Shown one piece after another: positions 8,869 through 16,306 of a stretch of DNA of 20,735 bases. Under the pieces are notes generated by a model. That model made no database searches. It saw only the letters and a program-made list of their open reading frames with translations, and was not told the DNA's origin. Each line of letters begins with the position of its first letter. Positions within the stretch are counted from its first letter, which is position 1. The position numbers were made by a program, and so were the translations under genes. The DNA is from a virus: UHGV virus genome UHGV-0041589; one strand, written 5' to 3'.

Positions 8869-9417
8869 TTAAATTAGTGCTTCAGCATCAGCACCTTCGC
8901 TGATATCGTCGAAATCGTCAGCGCTTGCCACTCCGCCGCCAGCGAATGCATCGCCGTCTCGCAGGAACTGGACTCCGCCGAGTGAGGCATTAATGCGTTT
9001 ACCGAAATTATTGTCCTGTGCCCAGATATCGATAACGGCGTTTACATAGCACCCTGCATAGGGACGTCCATCAGCCTGAATTAGTGGCGAACGATCGCGA
9101 TCAAGAACAGCTGGGCGCGCTTTGTTAGCAGCGTTCAGGAAGAAATTGCCGGGAAAGCCTTCATACTCTGCTTTTTCATCACCATCATGCAGGCACAGAT
9201 TGAGTTTTTTCTCCAGCTGGTTATAAATGGACTCCCACTTCTCCCCCCATTTTTCCTTCGCTACCTGCTTCATAGCTTTACGGATTTCTTCCAGTTGTGG
9301 GTGTTTGGGAGACATTAAAAATACTGCGGAGAAACGCGGATCGCCTTCGCCGTTTACAGTTTTAGCTTCAAACAGAGACGGGAAGGCCAGACGAACATTG
9401 TTCAGCTTCAGTTTCAT
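8869..9417 (-). CDS. DUF2815-like protein (putative phage ssDNA-binding protein) with acidic SSB-like C-terminal tail
   Basis: 182 aa; N-terminus MKLKLNNVRLAFPSLFEAK; C-terminus DDFDDISEGADAEALI. AAGGA RBS 9 nt upstream. Stop is 13 nt after the DUF2800 gene. Confidence 0.7.
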   Translation of the reverse strand: MKLKLNNVRLAFPSLFEAKTVNGEGDPRFSAVFLMSPKHPQLEEIRKAMKQVAKEKWGEKWESIYNQLEKKLNLCLHDGDEKAEYEGFPGNFFLNAANKARPAVLDRDRSPLIQADGRPYAGCYVNAVIDIWAQDNNFGKRINASLGGVQFLRDGDAFAGGGVASADDFDDISEGADAEALI

Positions 9418-9432
9418 GGGGATTTCCTTAAA

Positions 9433-10734
9433 TCAGATGAGGTCTGCGGTTAGCGTATCGTCGGATACGTCGTCGAAATCATTTACAGGGTTGATATTGA
9501 GTGCGGGGCGTGGGTCTGACTCGGGAACGACGGTGGGTTTACCATCAGCTCGTGTTATCAGTGCCTCGACTTTTGACCAACGGCGCGGACTGGCCTTTTT
9601 GATAAGTTTTTCGGCTTTTGTGGGACTAATAAGTTTAAAGTCGAATACTTCTTCAGTTTTGTACCTGAACTGGTCCTTCAGAAGTGCGCGAGCTGCCTCT
9701 TCATCACTCCAGGCCCGGTTACCTTGTTTTCCTGTTACCAGTTTAAACCCCGGTACCGGATGTCCGGCATTGAGTTCATTGTGAACCCGGTCCCGTACTG
9801 CCTTTAGCCAGGACTCAATAAAGTCGGTCTGGCTATAGATCTCCGCAAGCTGCTCAATGGTTAACAGAGGTACACGTGCGCTGGCATTGGTGATTATTTC
9901 GCTGACAGGCTTTGTCAGATCTTCAAAGTCGCTGGCCGCTGTTTGTAAATGCTGCATTTTCTGGGCAGTGCAAATAGCTTTTGCTTTACAGAAGCGGCAC
10001 TGTTTTTCTCCAGGTATGAAGTTTTCCAGCGGTAGTGTCTCAATGCCTTCGCATTCAGCAATATTGAGAACAAGGATCGCACTGGTTGCGGCCTCCTGTG
10101 CCCGTTCACCGAACGCCTGGAGCTCTTCCACCGTCAGAGCCCACTCTGAAACGTGGTTAAGCCGCGGCTGGTGAATAAATAATCTTACAGTCTCAAAGTC
10201 ATACAGCATGCTGAATTGTTCGAGCGCACCCAGAGCATACAGTTGTAGTTGCTCATTTTGTTCTGCATCAATGCGGACGCCTTTGCCATATTTCAGGTCG
10301 TGGATTTGTAATTCGCTACCAGCAATGATTATGCTGTCGGCAGTTCCGAAAGATTCTTCCACACCCGTTATATGGGAGAAGTCGACACGCTGCTCGACCA
10401 GCAGCTCATTGCCCTGCGCCAGCGCCCAAACAGTGTCGACGTAACGACCAACGGCTTCGACCATTTCCTCATCTACCTGCGGGCCGGAAGTATCATCCGG
10501 GTGCTCAGCAAGAGGATAGGATCCAAGGAACATCGCGACGTTGCAACCTGCATAGTGCTCCGGGTGGCTCTGGCGGTTGCGCAGCACCTTTTCGGCAAGT
10601 GCATGCGCTGCAGTGCCCTCGATTGCAAAAGTTGTTTCTTTATCCGGTTGTGTGGCCTCCAGCGCCAGACTTCCTGGGCAGCGCATCCATCGATGCGCTG
10701 ATGATGGAGAAAGTTGTGCATGAACGTCTGGCAT
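9433..10734 (-). CDS. DUF2800-like PD-(D/E)XK nuclease (Cas4/RecB-like, Cys-cluster)
   Basis: 433 aa; N-terminal [16 protein letters not shown]-terminal [13 protein letters not shown] cysteine cluster (Cas4-like Fe-S arrangement), acidic tail [25 protein letters not shown] lies inside the upstream gene's 3' end. Confidence 0.8.
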   Translation of the reverse strand: MPDVHAQLSPSSAHRWMRCPGSLALEATQPDKETTFAIEGTAAHALAEKVLRNRQSHPEHYAGCNVAMFLGSYPLAEHPDDTSGPQVDEEMVEAVGRYVDTVWALAQGNELLVEQRVDFSHITGVEESFGTADSIIIAGSELQIHDLKYGKGVRIDAEQNEQLQLYALGALEQFSMLYDFETVRLFIHQPRLNHVSEWALTVEELQAFGERAQEAATSAILVLNIAECEGIETLPLENFIPGEKQCRFCKAKAICTAQKMQHLQTAASDFEDLTKPVSEIITNASARVPLLTIEQLAEIYSQTDFIESWLKAVRDRVHNELNAGHPVPGFKLVTGKQGNRAWSDEEAARALLKDQFRYKTEEVFDFKLISPTKAEKLIKKASPRRWSKVEALITRADGKPTVVPESDPRPALNINPVNDFDDVSDDTLTADLI

Positions 10735-10736
10735 GA

Positions 10737-11639
10737 TTAACCCTCCAGTGCTTTTTCAGCCAGGGTGATTACTTCAGCGAGATTTTCATCCGTTACTTCA
10801 CCAAGTTTCCTGGCTCCCTGTTTTTCCAGAATTGCAATAGCTTCTGCCCGGTAACCCCCTTTTGCTAACTGGAGGATCAACCCTTCAGCTTGTTTGCGTA
10901 GTGCCGCGAAATCAATTGTATGGTCATCTTTGGCGTCATTATTCTGGCTGGAATTTGCTGCGTCTCTGCGTGCAAATTCTTCCTGCAGCTGAAGGTACTC
11001 AACACGGTTGATCTCGATATGGCCTTTTTTAAGCATCTCGTTCAACTTGCGTAAGGTATGGAGTTCACTGGCTGCTGTGCCGGATACATTTTTGACGTAA
11101 AACGGCCCCGTGCGTTCTCCATCTTTGTTACTGGCCTTTTTCGGCTTAACTTCATCACGCCCATCTGCAGGTGCATCAAGTAGCTGCTCGGCAAAAGCAC
11201 GTCGCTCGCCGATGGTTGGCAGGTCGTCCCAGAACTTAAGGATGTTACGGGACAGGTCCAGGAGAGCAGGTTTAAGCAGCGCCCTGGCTCGTTTGACGCC
11301 CTGCAATGCGCTGTCGAGAGCATCAATCTGAACAACTCGTTTATCGCCTTCAGCATCACGGTAGGCAACAGCACGTTGCAGCATGTCTTCTGTGATAGGG
11401 GTGGCTACCGGGTAGAAACCAGCCAGTGCGATAACGTCGCTGAACTCCAGATCATCCAGTGTCATTGCCGCTGACATATTTTCAGTTTCAGTTGCTGTAT
11501 CCCGACATTCCTGCACTCGTGAAATCGTGTCAGGATGCATAACAATGCCTGATGCCATTGTGCGGATAAGACGTTCAAGCAGCGCATTATGTTGTGCCAG
11601 AAGTTGATTATTAAGTTCTAGACTGGTTTCTAAACTCAT
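10737..11639 (-). CDS. Hypothetical protein (300 aa), helical and coiled-coil-like
   Basis: Long ORF; start ATG overlaps the upstream stop (ATGA); stop TAA 2 nt before the DUF2800 start. No motif recognised. Confidence 0.65.
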   Translation of the reverse strand: MSLETSLELNNQLLAQHNALLERLIRTMASGIVMHPDTISRVQECRDTATETENMSAAMTLDDLEFSDVIALAGFYPVATPITEDMLQRAVAYRDAEGDKRVVQIDALDSALQGVKRARALLKPALLDLSRNILKFWDDLPTIGERRAFAEQLLDAPADGRDEVKPKKASNKDGERTGPFYVKNVSGTAASELHTLRKLNEMLKKGHIEINRVEYLQLQEEFARRDAANSSQNNDAKDDHTIDFAALRKQAEGLILQLAKGGYRAEAIAILEKQGARKLGEVTDENLAEVITLAEKALEG

Positions 11640-11785
11640 ACTGTGGTCCTCGCTACAAGGAGAATGAAAGTGATGATCAGACCGAGCGCAGTGGCAACGG
11701 CCAGACCGGTCATCAAATCGAAGTTTTTACGGCGATAACGGAGAACATCGCGCCCCGTCAGTCGATGGATGTGTTCAGGTTTCAT
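11636..11785 (-). CDS. Small membrane protein (49-60 aa; start ambiguous among 11785, 11806, 11818)
   Basis: C-terminal hydrophobic segment LAVATALGLIITFILLVA. ATG 11785 has AAAGGAA 9 nt upstream; the others lack an SD. Stop overlaps the next gene start (ATGA). Confidence 0.45.
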   Translation of the reverse strand: MKPEHIHRLTGRDVLRYRRKNFDLMTGLAVATALGLIITFILLVARTTV

Positions 11786-11844
11786 CGGTTGTATTCCTTT
11801 TTTCATATCGGGGAGCACGCTGTTGCGAGTGCGCTTTCAGACAT

Positions 11845-11870
11845 AAAAAAGCCCGTCACGTGAGGCGGGC
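11845..11870 (-). terminator. Rho-independent terminator candidate (minus strand)
   Basis: Minus-strand RNA GCCCG-CC-UCAC/GUGA-CGGGC (5 bp + bulge + 2 bp, 4-nt loop) followed by UUUUUU (plus-strand A6 at 11845-11850). About 30 nt downstream of the zinc-ribbon ORF stop. Confidence 0.5.
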
Positions 11871-11901
11871 AAAGACTACACACAGCAATTACATGGATGA
11901 T

Positions 11902-12096
11902 TCAGTTGGTATTGTGCGTACGTGGTACCACAAGGTTGAAGCGGACACGCCAGTGCGTTGCAATGGTATGCAGGAAAGCACCACATCCAGGGCAGTGCTC
12001 ATAACATTCGTTGATTTGGTATCGTTTTGGCTTTGGTGTCAGAAGCTGTGTTTGGCAAGCAGGGCATTCACCTTTGAGCGGTTTATACGTTTTCAC
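11902..12096 (-). CDS. Small zinc-ribbon protein (64 aa, CxxC...CxxC)
   Basis: GTG start with GAGGAAA 6 nt upstream; Cys pairs CPAC and CPGC about 20 residues apart; terminator-like hairpin downstream. First gene after the candidate leftward promoter. Confidence 0.45.
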   Translation of the reverse strand: MKTYKPLKGECPACQTQLLTPKPKRYQINECYEHCPGCGAFLHTIATHWRVRFNLVVPRTHNTN

Positions 12097-12263
12097 GCCG
12101 TTTCCTCATTCAGTTCACTTTGGTGGTTCGGCGGCTTCGACTTGTATCAGTAGACAGTGCTTCGCCGCACCCCAAAGGGAACTTACTGACCCGTATTGCC
12201 GACATCCTGTCCCGCCACGGTCCCGACGCATGGTTTAGAGTCGCGCCGTTCGACTTGTGGCTA

Positions 12264-12314
12264 AAGATACAATTTGAGTTGTATTATGTAAACCACAAAT
12301 GTGGTATTTTGTGG
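12264..12314 (-). promoter_or_regulatory. Candidate leftward early promoter with operator-like inverted repeats
   Basis: On the minus strand: -35 TTTACA (plus 12287-12292), 17-nt spacer, -10 TATCTT (plus 12264-12269). Adjacent CCACA-AA-TGTGG and CCACAAA/TTTGTGG inverted repeats (12293-12314), and GTTGTATTATGT resembling the GTTGTATTAATGT motif in the cI-cro intergenic region. Confidence 0.3.
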
Positions 12315-12379
12315 GGTGTGAATACTACTTTATTGATATTTAAGTGAATTTAATTTGTAAGACTTTACAAATGGGGTAA

Positions 12380-12399
12380 GGGAGGCTGTTACGCCTCCC
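12380..12399 (-). terminator. Hairpin about 20 nt downstream of the repressor stop (weak terminator candidate)
   Basis: Perfect 7-bp stem GGGAGGC/GCCUCCC with 6-nt loop; the following U-tract on the minus strand is only moderate (UUACCCCAUUUGU). Confidence 0.3.
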
Positions 12400-12418
12400 G
12401 ATATTTACGGTGGGAATA

Positions 12419-13042
12419 CTAACGTTTACGGCGGTAAATACGGTGTTCGATCATTACACCTATGATCTGTAAGTTCATATCTGCACTACGAAAAATAGGG
12501 TAATCAGGATTTAGGGGGATTAATTCAAAGTCGTCGATGCCGATTCCTAATGGACGGTATTTTTTAAATGTAGCTTCGTGACCGTCGTTTTTGGCGACAA
12601 CAAACTCCCCTGGTGCAGGACATAGATCAGGATCGATGATAACAATGTCTCCTTCTTTAAACTCTGGTTGCATGCTGTCGCCATCGATACGTAATGCGAA
12701 GCATGTTTCTGGAATGTCAGAGTCTGCCAAAATATATTCAAATTCCCCTGTCAGATCTGTTATGTCTCTTGCTTCTGTAAGCTCTCCTGCCTGAACGTAA
12801 CTTAATATAGGTATGCGTCTGGTACTTATCTCCGCGAGAGGCATAATATTTTTACCGTTCAGTAGCCAGTCTGGGCTACATTTCAAGGCCTTAGCCAGAT
12901 CCAGAAGATTGCGTGGCTTTCTGGTTCGTCCACTTTCGATGGATTCTATGGATTGTTGGCTAACCCCTGCAGAATTCGCTACTTCCACTTGAGTCATTCC
13001 TAATTCCAAACGACGTGCTTTAAAACGGGCTGCGAGAGACAT
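12419..13042 (-). CDS. CI-like prophage repressor (XRE-type HTH + S24 LexA-like autopeptidase domain)
   Basis: Start at ATG 13042 with AAGGA 8 nt upstream (longer ORF to 13093 lacks an RBS). N-terminal HTH LGMTQVEVANSAGVSQQSIESIESG; Ala-Gly cleavage site (YVQAGE); catalytic Ser in GDSM and Lys in FKKY. Confidence 0.85.
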   Translation of the reverse strand: MSLAARFKARRLELGMTQVEVANSAGVSQQSIESIESGRTRKPRNLLDLAKALKCSPDWLLNGKNIMPLAEISTRRIPILSYVQAGELTEARDITDLTGEFEYILADSDIPETCFALRIDGDSMQPEFKEGDIVIIDPDLCPAPGEFVVAKNDGHEATFKKYRPLGIGIDDFELIPLNPDYPIFRSADMNLQIIGVMIEHRIYRRKR

Positions 13043-13162
13043 GGGATTAGTCCTTCTGGGTTGTATTAATGTGTATCCCCACATTAAAAACAATTTTTGT
13101 TGTATTTGACAAACCTCGTTTGTTGTTGCTAAATACCACTAAAATTGTATGAGGTGAAAGCA
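13043..13162. promoter_or_regulatory. Divergent immunity-switch intergenic region (candidate rightward and leftward promoters and operators)
   Basis: Perfect -35 TTGACA at 13106-13111 with a weak -10 (TAAATA, about 13130-13135) oriented toward cro. Repeated GTTGTATT motifs (13060-13067, 13099-13106) and inverted repeat TTGTATTAATGT ... ACATTAAAAACAA (13061-13093). Minus-strand -35/-10 candidates for the repressor. Confidence 0.45.
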
Positions 13163-13375
13163 ATGACCTTAGCGACCCGAGTAAAAGAACGACGTAAAGA
13201 ACTCAAAATGACGCAAGTTACGTTGGCTGAGCTCACAGGAGTGAGCCAGCAGGCAATAAACAGAATTGAAAGTGGTGTTATTGCTCGGCCACGTTATCTT
13301 CTTGAAATGTCTATAGCATTGGATTGCGACCCTAATTGGCTGTTGTATGGCTCACAAAACGATAAAAAGGCTTAA
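13163..13375 (+). CDS. Cro-like XRE-family HTH regulator (70 aa)
   Basis: ATG 13163 with GAGGTG 6 nt upstream (the ORF track's TTG at 13145 is less likely). HTH QVTLAELTGVSQQAINRIESG. Divergent from the repressor. Confidence 0.75.
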   Translation: MTLATRVKERRKELKMTQVTLAELTGVSQQAINRIESGVIARPRYLLEMSIALDCDPNWLLYGSQNDKKA

Positions 13376-13378
13376 CCC

Positions 13379-15571
13379 ATGTCCGATAGCAAACCATGGG
13401 GAGCTACGCCTGATGAGTGGTTTCATTTCGACCTGGTATTGGGGAGAACTGATCATCTTCTCCCAGTTGTATGTAACCCCAGTGCGACCATATCCCCTGA
13501 TAGTAAACTGAAAGCGTTGGGTAAGACGCCGAGTCGCTATAACCGGGACCGCCAGGTCACCGGTATTGCTCAATGGACCGGGCATGTTGTTACTGAGCAT
13601 GATTTTGCCCGCTGGTCGAATGAACCGGATTATGGCATCTGCGTGCGTACAGGCCATGGCTGGCTGGCGCTGGACTGTGATAGCGAAGATGAAGACATTC
13701 AGGCAGATATTCGCAAAACGCTTGTGCAACTTCTGGGTGAGTTGCCGCCGCGACGCTGGCGAGCAAACAGTAATAAGTGTCTGTATCTGCTGGCCGTTGA
13801 TGGTGATTTCCGTAAGCGTATCCATCGCCTGGCGGGGGATATGGGCATTATCGAGTTGCTGGCGAACGGGCAGCAGTTCGTTGCCTGCGGTACGCACAGC
13901 AGCGGCGCGCGTATTGAATGGGACGGCGGTTTGCCGGATGAACCTCCGGCTATTACTGGTGAGCAGCTTGAAACGCTGTGGCAGCGCCTGGCTGAACAAC
14001 TCCCTGTGTCGGTAACCACCGAAGCGGGCAACACGAAGATGCGCGACCGATCAGCATTCACGCCCGGCGCGACGGATGATACAGCTGAATATCTTGATGC
14101 CAATGGCTGGACGCTGCTGGATGGCGCAAATGGTGAACGATATATCCGCTGTCCGTTTGAAGACGGCCACAGTAGCGGGGGCGATCCAACAAGCACAGTT
14201 TATTTTCCTGCGGGAACCGCGGGCTTTGAGCAGGGGCATTTTAAATGCCTGCATGCCAGTTGTGCGCATCGTGATGACGGAGATTTCCTTAATGCCATCG
14301 GGATCCGCAACGACGATTTCGAAGATCTGACCAGCACCGAAGTGGCGGAACCTTTACCGCTGCCTGCTTTCGAGCGTGATAAATGGGGGCGTATCGAGGC
14401 AACAATCAGCAACGCAGCCAAAGCAGTAGTACGCCCTGATTTTGTGGACATCGATATTCGCTTTGACCAGTTCCGCGACGAAATCATGTTTGCCCCTGCA
14501 GGATCCGGACAATGGCGGGCATTCACCGATGCGGATTATGCGCGCCTGCGCATCACGATGGAAAAGCGGGGATTTAAACCTGTTGGTCGTGAACTTATTC
14601 GCGATGTGGTGTTACTTGCAGCCGATGAACAACCATTCGATTCAGCGATCACTTGGCTGAACGGACTGGAGTGGGATGGCGTGCCGCGCATCGAATGTTT
14701 CTACCATACGCACTTCGGTACCGCCGACACGCCTTATACCCGTGCGGTGTCTATGTACATGTGGACCGCGTTGGCGGGGCGAGTACTGGAGCCAGGCATC
14801 AAAGCGGATATGGTGCCGATCCTCGTTGGTCCGCAGGGCTGCGGTAAGTCTTCCGGAGTGGAGGCACTGAGCCCTGATCCTGCGTTTTTTACTGAAATCT
14901 CTTTTGCCGAAAAAGACGATGATCTCGCTCGAAAAATGCGTGGTCGGCTGGTGGCAGAGATTGGTGAACTGCGCGGACTTAATACCAAAGAGCTGGAGTC
15001 AATCAAAGCGTTTGTGACGCGTACTCACGAAAACTGGATCCCGAAATACCGGGAGTTCGCCACCCAGTTTCCTCGTCGCCTGGTGTTCGTTGGTACCACC
15101 AATGAGGACGAATTCCTTGCGGACAAGACTGGTAACCGTCGCTGGCTCCCCGTGGAAGTGTCGAAAGTCGACGTGAAAGCGATAAAAAGAGATCTCCTTT
15201 TACTTTGGGCTGAGGCTCGTGAGGTGTTTCAGCGTCTGGGGGGTATCCAGTTCCGTGAGGCTGAACAACTGGCAGCGAGTGTCCATGAACAGTACACCAT
15301 CAAGGATGCTTGGCTTGAAACGGTAGAGAAATGGCTCGACACGCCAGACCTGATGACTAATGAACTTCCGCGAAATTGCGAATTTTTACGCGCAAGTGAT
15401 GTTTTGCGTGATGCGATTGGGCTAAATCCTGACCGCATCGGAAAACGCGAAGAAATGCGAATTAGTAATGTTTTGCAAAATTGCGGGTATAAGCGTGCCC
15501 AAAGGCGAATTGGGGGGAAAATGACTCGAATTTTTGAGGCGGTGTCCCAACCTGTACCAACCTCAAAATAG
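13379..15571 (+). CDS. DNA primase: N-terminal prim-pol domain fused to a C-terminal VirE/D5-like P-loop NTPase
   Basis: 730 aa; N-terminal bifunctional primase/polymerase-like region; Walker A GPQGCGKSSG and downstream Walker B-like acidic motif typical of P4/VirE-type primase C-terminal domains. Confidence 0.85.
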   Translation: MSDSKPWGATPDEWFHFDLVLGRTDHLLPVVCNPSATISPDSKLKALGKTPSRYNRDRQVTGIAQWTGHVVTEHDFARWSNEPDYGICVRTGHGWLALDCDSEDEDIQADIRKTLVQLLGELPPRRWRANSNKCLYLLAVDGDFRKRIHRLAGDMGIIELLANGQQFVACGTHSSGARIEWDGGLPDEPPAITGEQLETLWQRLAEQLPVSVTTEAGNTKMRDRSAFTPGATDDTAEYLDANGWTLLDGANGERYIRCPFEDGHSSGGDPTSTVYFPAGTAGFEQGHFKCLHASCAHRDDGDFLNAIGIRNDDFEDLTSTEVAEPLPLPAFERDKWGRIEATISNAAKAVVRPDFVDIDIRFDQFRDEIMFAPAGSGQWRAFTDADYARLRITMEKRGFKPVGRELIRDVVLLAADEQPFDSAITWLNGLEWDGVPRIECFYHTHFGTADTPYTRAVSMYMWTALAGRVLEPGIKADMVPILVGPQGCGKSSGVEALSPDPAFFTEISFAEKDDDLARKMRGRLVAEIGELRGLNTKELESIKAFVTRTHENWIPKYREFATQFPRRLVFVGTTNEDEFLADKTGNRRWLPVEVSKVDVKAIKRDLLLLWAEAREVFQRLGGIQFREAEQLAASVHEQYTIKDAWLETVEKWLDTPDLMTNELPRNCEFLRASDVLRDAIGLNPDRIGKREEMRISNVLQNCGYKRAQRRIGGKMTRIFEAVSQPVPTSK

Positions 15572-15586
15572 AGGTTGGTACATTTT
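15553..15586 (+). terminator. Strong hairpin + T-tract overlapping the primase stop codon
   Basis: Perfect 12-bp inverted repeat TGTACCAACCTC (15553-15564) / GAGGTTGGTACA (15571-15582), loop AAAATA containing stop TAG 15569-15571, followed by TTTT (15583-15586). The arms also carry the iteron core, so it may double as a protein-binding site. Confidence 0.55.
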
Positions 15587-15607
15587 AACTAATTGAATTT
15601 AAAGGCC

Positions 15608-15800
15608 AGTACCAACTGTACCATCTGTACCAACCTAATTACTAAGAACCCCATATATATATATAAGTCGCTTGGGGAAAAGGTTTGAAAAGAGCTGGTA
15701 CAGGTGGGTACAGGTTGGTACAGGCCGAACAAGGAATTTTTTGCACATAACAGCGTGTAATAAGCGAATCGGAACTGCGTTATCCACACCCACGGATAAA
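15608..15800. repeat. Candidate origin of replication: tandem iterons flanking an (AT)n tract plus a perfect DnaA box
   Basis: Three direct repeats with 9-bp period containing GTACCA (starts 15609, 15618, 15627); ATATATATATATA at 15653-15665; three inverted-orientation repeats GGTACAGG with exact 10-bp period (starts 15697, 15707, 15717); TTATCCACA at 15780-15788 paired with inverted GGATAA at 15794-15799. ORF-track ORFs 15589..15867(-) and 15672..15860(+) crossing this region are judged spurious. Confidence 0.55.
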
Positions 15801-15852
15801 CAAACGTGGTTCTCAGAAAATTTTTTCGTAGCAAAACGTAGAGGTCAGAGCT

Positions 15853-16275
15853 ATGCGTAATATTCAACAGGTTTTAGAGCGCTGGGGTGGCTGGGCAGCG
15901 AGTGAAGGTGGTAGTGTCTACTTTCCTCCTGTTGCAGCCGGGTTTAAGAATCTGCTACCCGCGACGCAGTCTGGAAGGCTGAAATGCAGTGACAATGACG
16001 GTCTTATCATCAACTCCGCTATGAGCTGCCTGAAGAAAAAAGATCCGTATCTGTGCACGCTCCTTGAGTGGCATTACGTCCAGGCCATGCCCGTGCGGGC
16101 GATGGGTGAGAAGCTCGGCGTATCTCACACCCACGTTCTGAAGAGGCTTCAGGCGGCAGAGGGATTTATTGACGGTTGCTTAGCCATGCTGGATGTGGTG
16201 CTCGAAATGGATCAGTCGGTTCAGTCAAAGCCTCAGGCTATCAGGACTTTGCGTAGGAGCTGCTCGGCGGCATAA
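15853..16275 (+). CDS. Q: Late-gene antiterminator, Q-family (phage 82/21-type)
   Basis: 140 aa; N-terminus MRNIQQVLERWGGWAA and C-terminal HTH-like MGEKLGVSHTHVLKRLQAAEGFIDGCLAMLD match the Q-type antiterminator pattern as I recall it. Confidence 0.75.
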   Translation: MRNIQQVLERWGGWAASEGGSVYFPPVAAGFKNLLPATQSGRLKCSDNDGLIINSAMSCLKKKDPYLCTLLEWHYVQAMPVRAMGEKLGVSHTHVLKRLQAAEGFIDGCLAMLDVVLEMDQSVQSKPQAIRTLRRSCSAA

Positions 16276-16306
16276 TATCCAGCAATCAATCACGTAAGGG
16301 AACCAG

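Noticed and set aside
12100-12270. Possible tRNA or tRNA-derived att site (GTTCGA-like T-loop motif, ACCACCA on the minus strand)
   Set aside because: I tried to fold both strands into a cloverleaf: no 7-bp acceptor stem complementary to the 3' end and no D- or anticodon-arm arrangement fits. Kept only as an unexplained structured leader with a direct repeat.
12120-12347. 75-aa plus-strand ORF in the repressor-to-zinc-ribbon intergenic region (also 12011..12238)
   Set aside because: Non-ATG start, no RBS, overlaps the candidate promoter/operator sequence; more likely non-coding.
15608-15725. Possible CRISPR array (short direct repeats)
   Set aside because: Repeat units are only 9-10 bp with no intervening unique spacers, and they occur in two opposite orientations around an AT tract; this is an iteron pattern, not CRISPR.
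15589-15867. ORFs 15589..15867 (-) and 15672..15860 (+) crossing the iteron / AT-tract / DnaA-box region
   Set aside because: They run through repeat arrays and the AT tract, have TTG or no convincing start/RBS, and their translations are low-complexity reflections of the repeats; the region is better explained as a non-coding origin.
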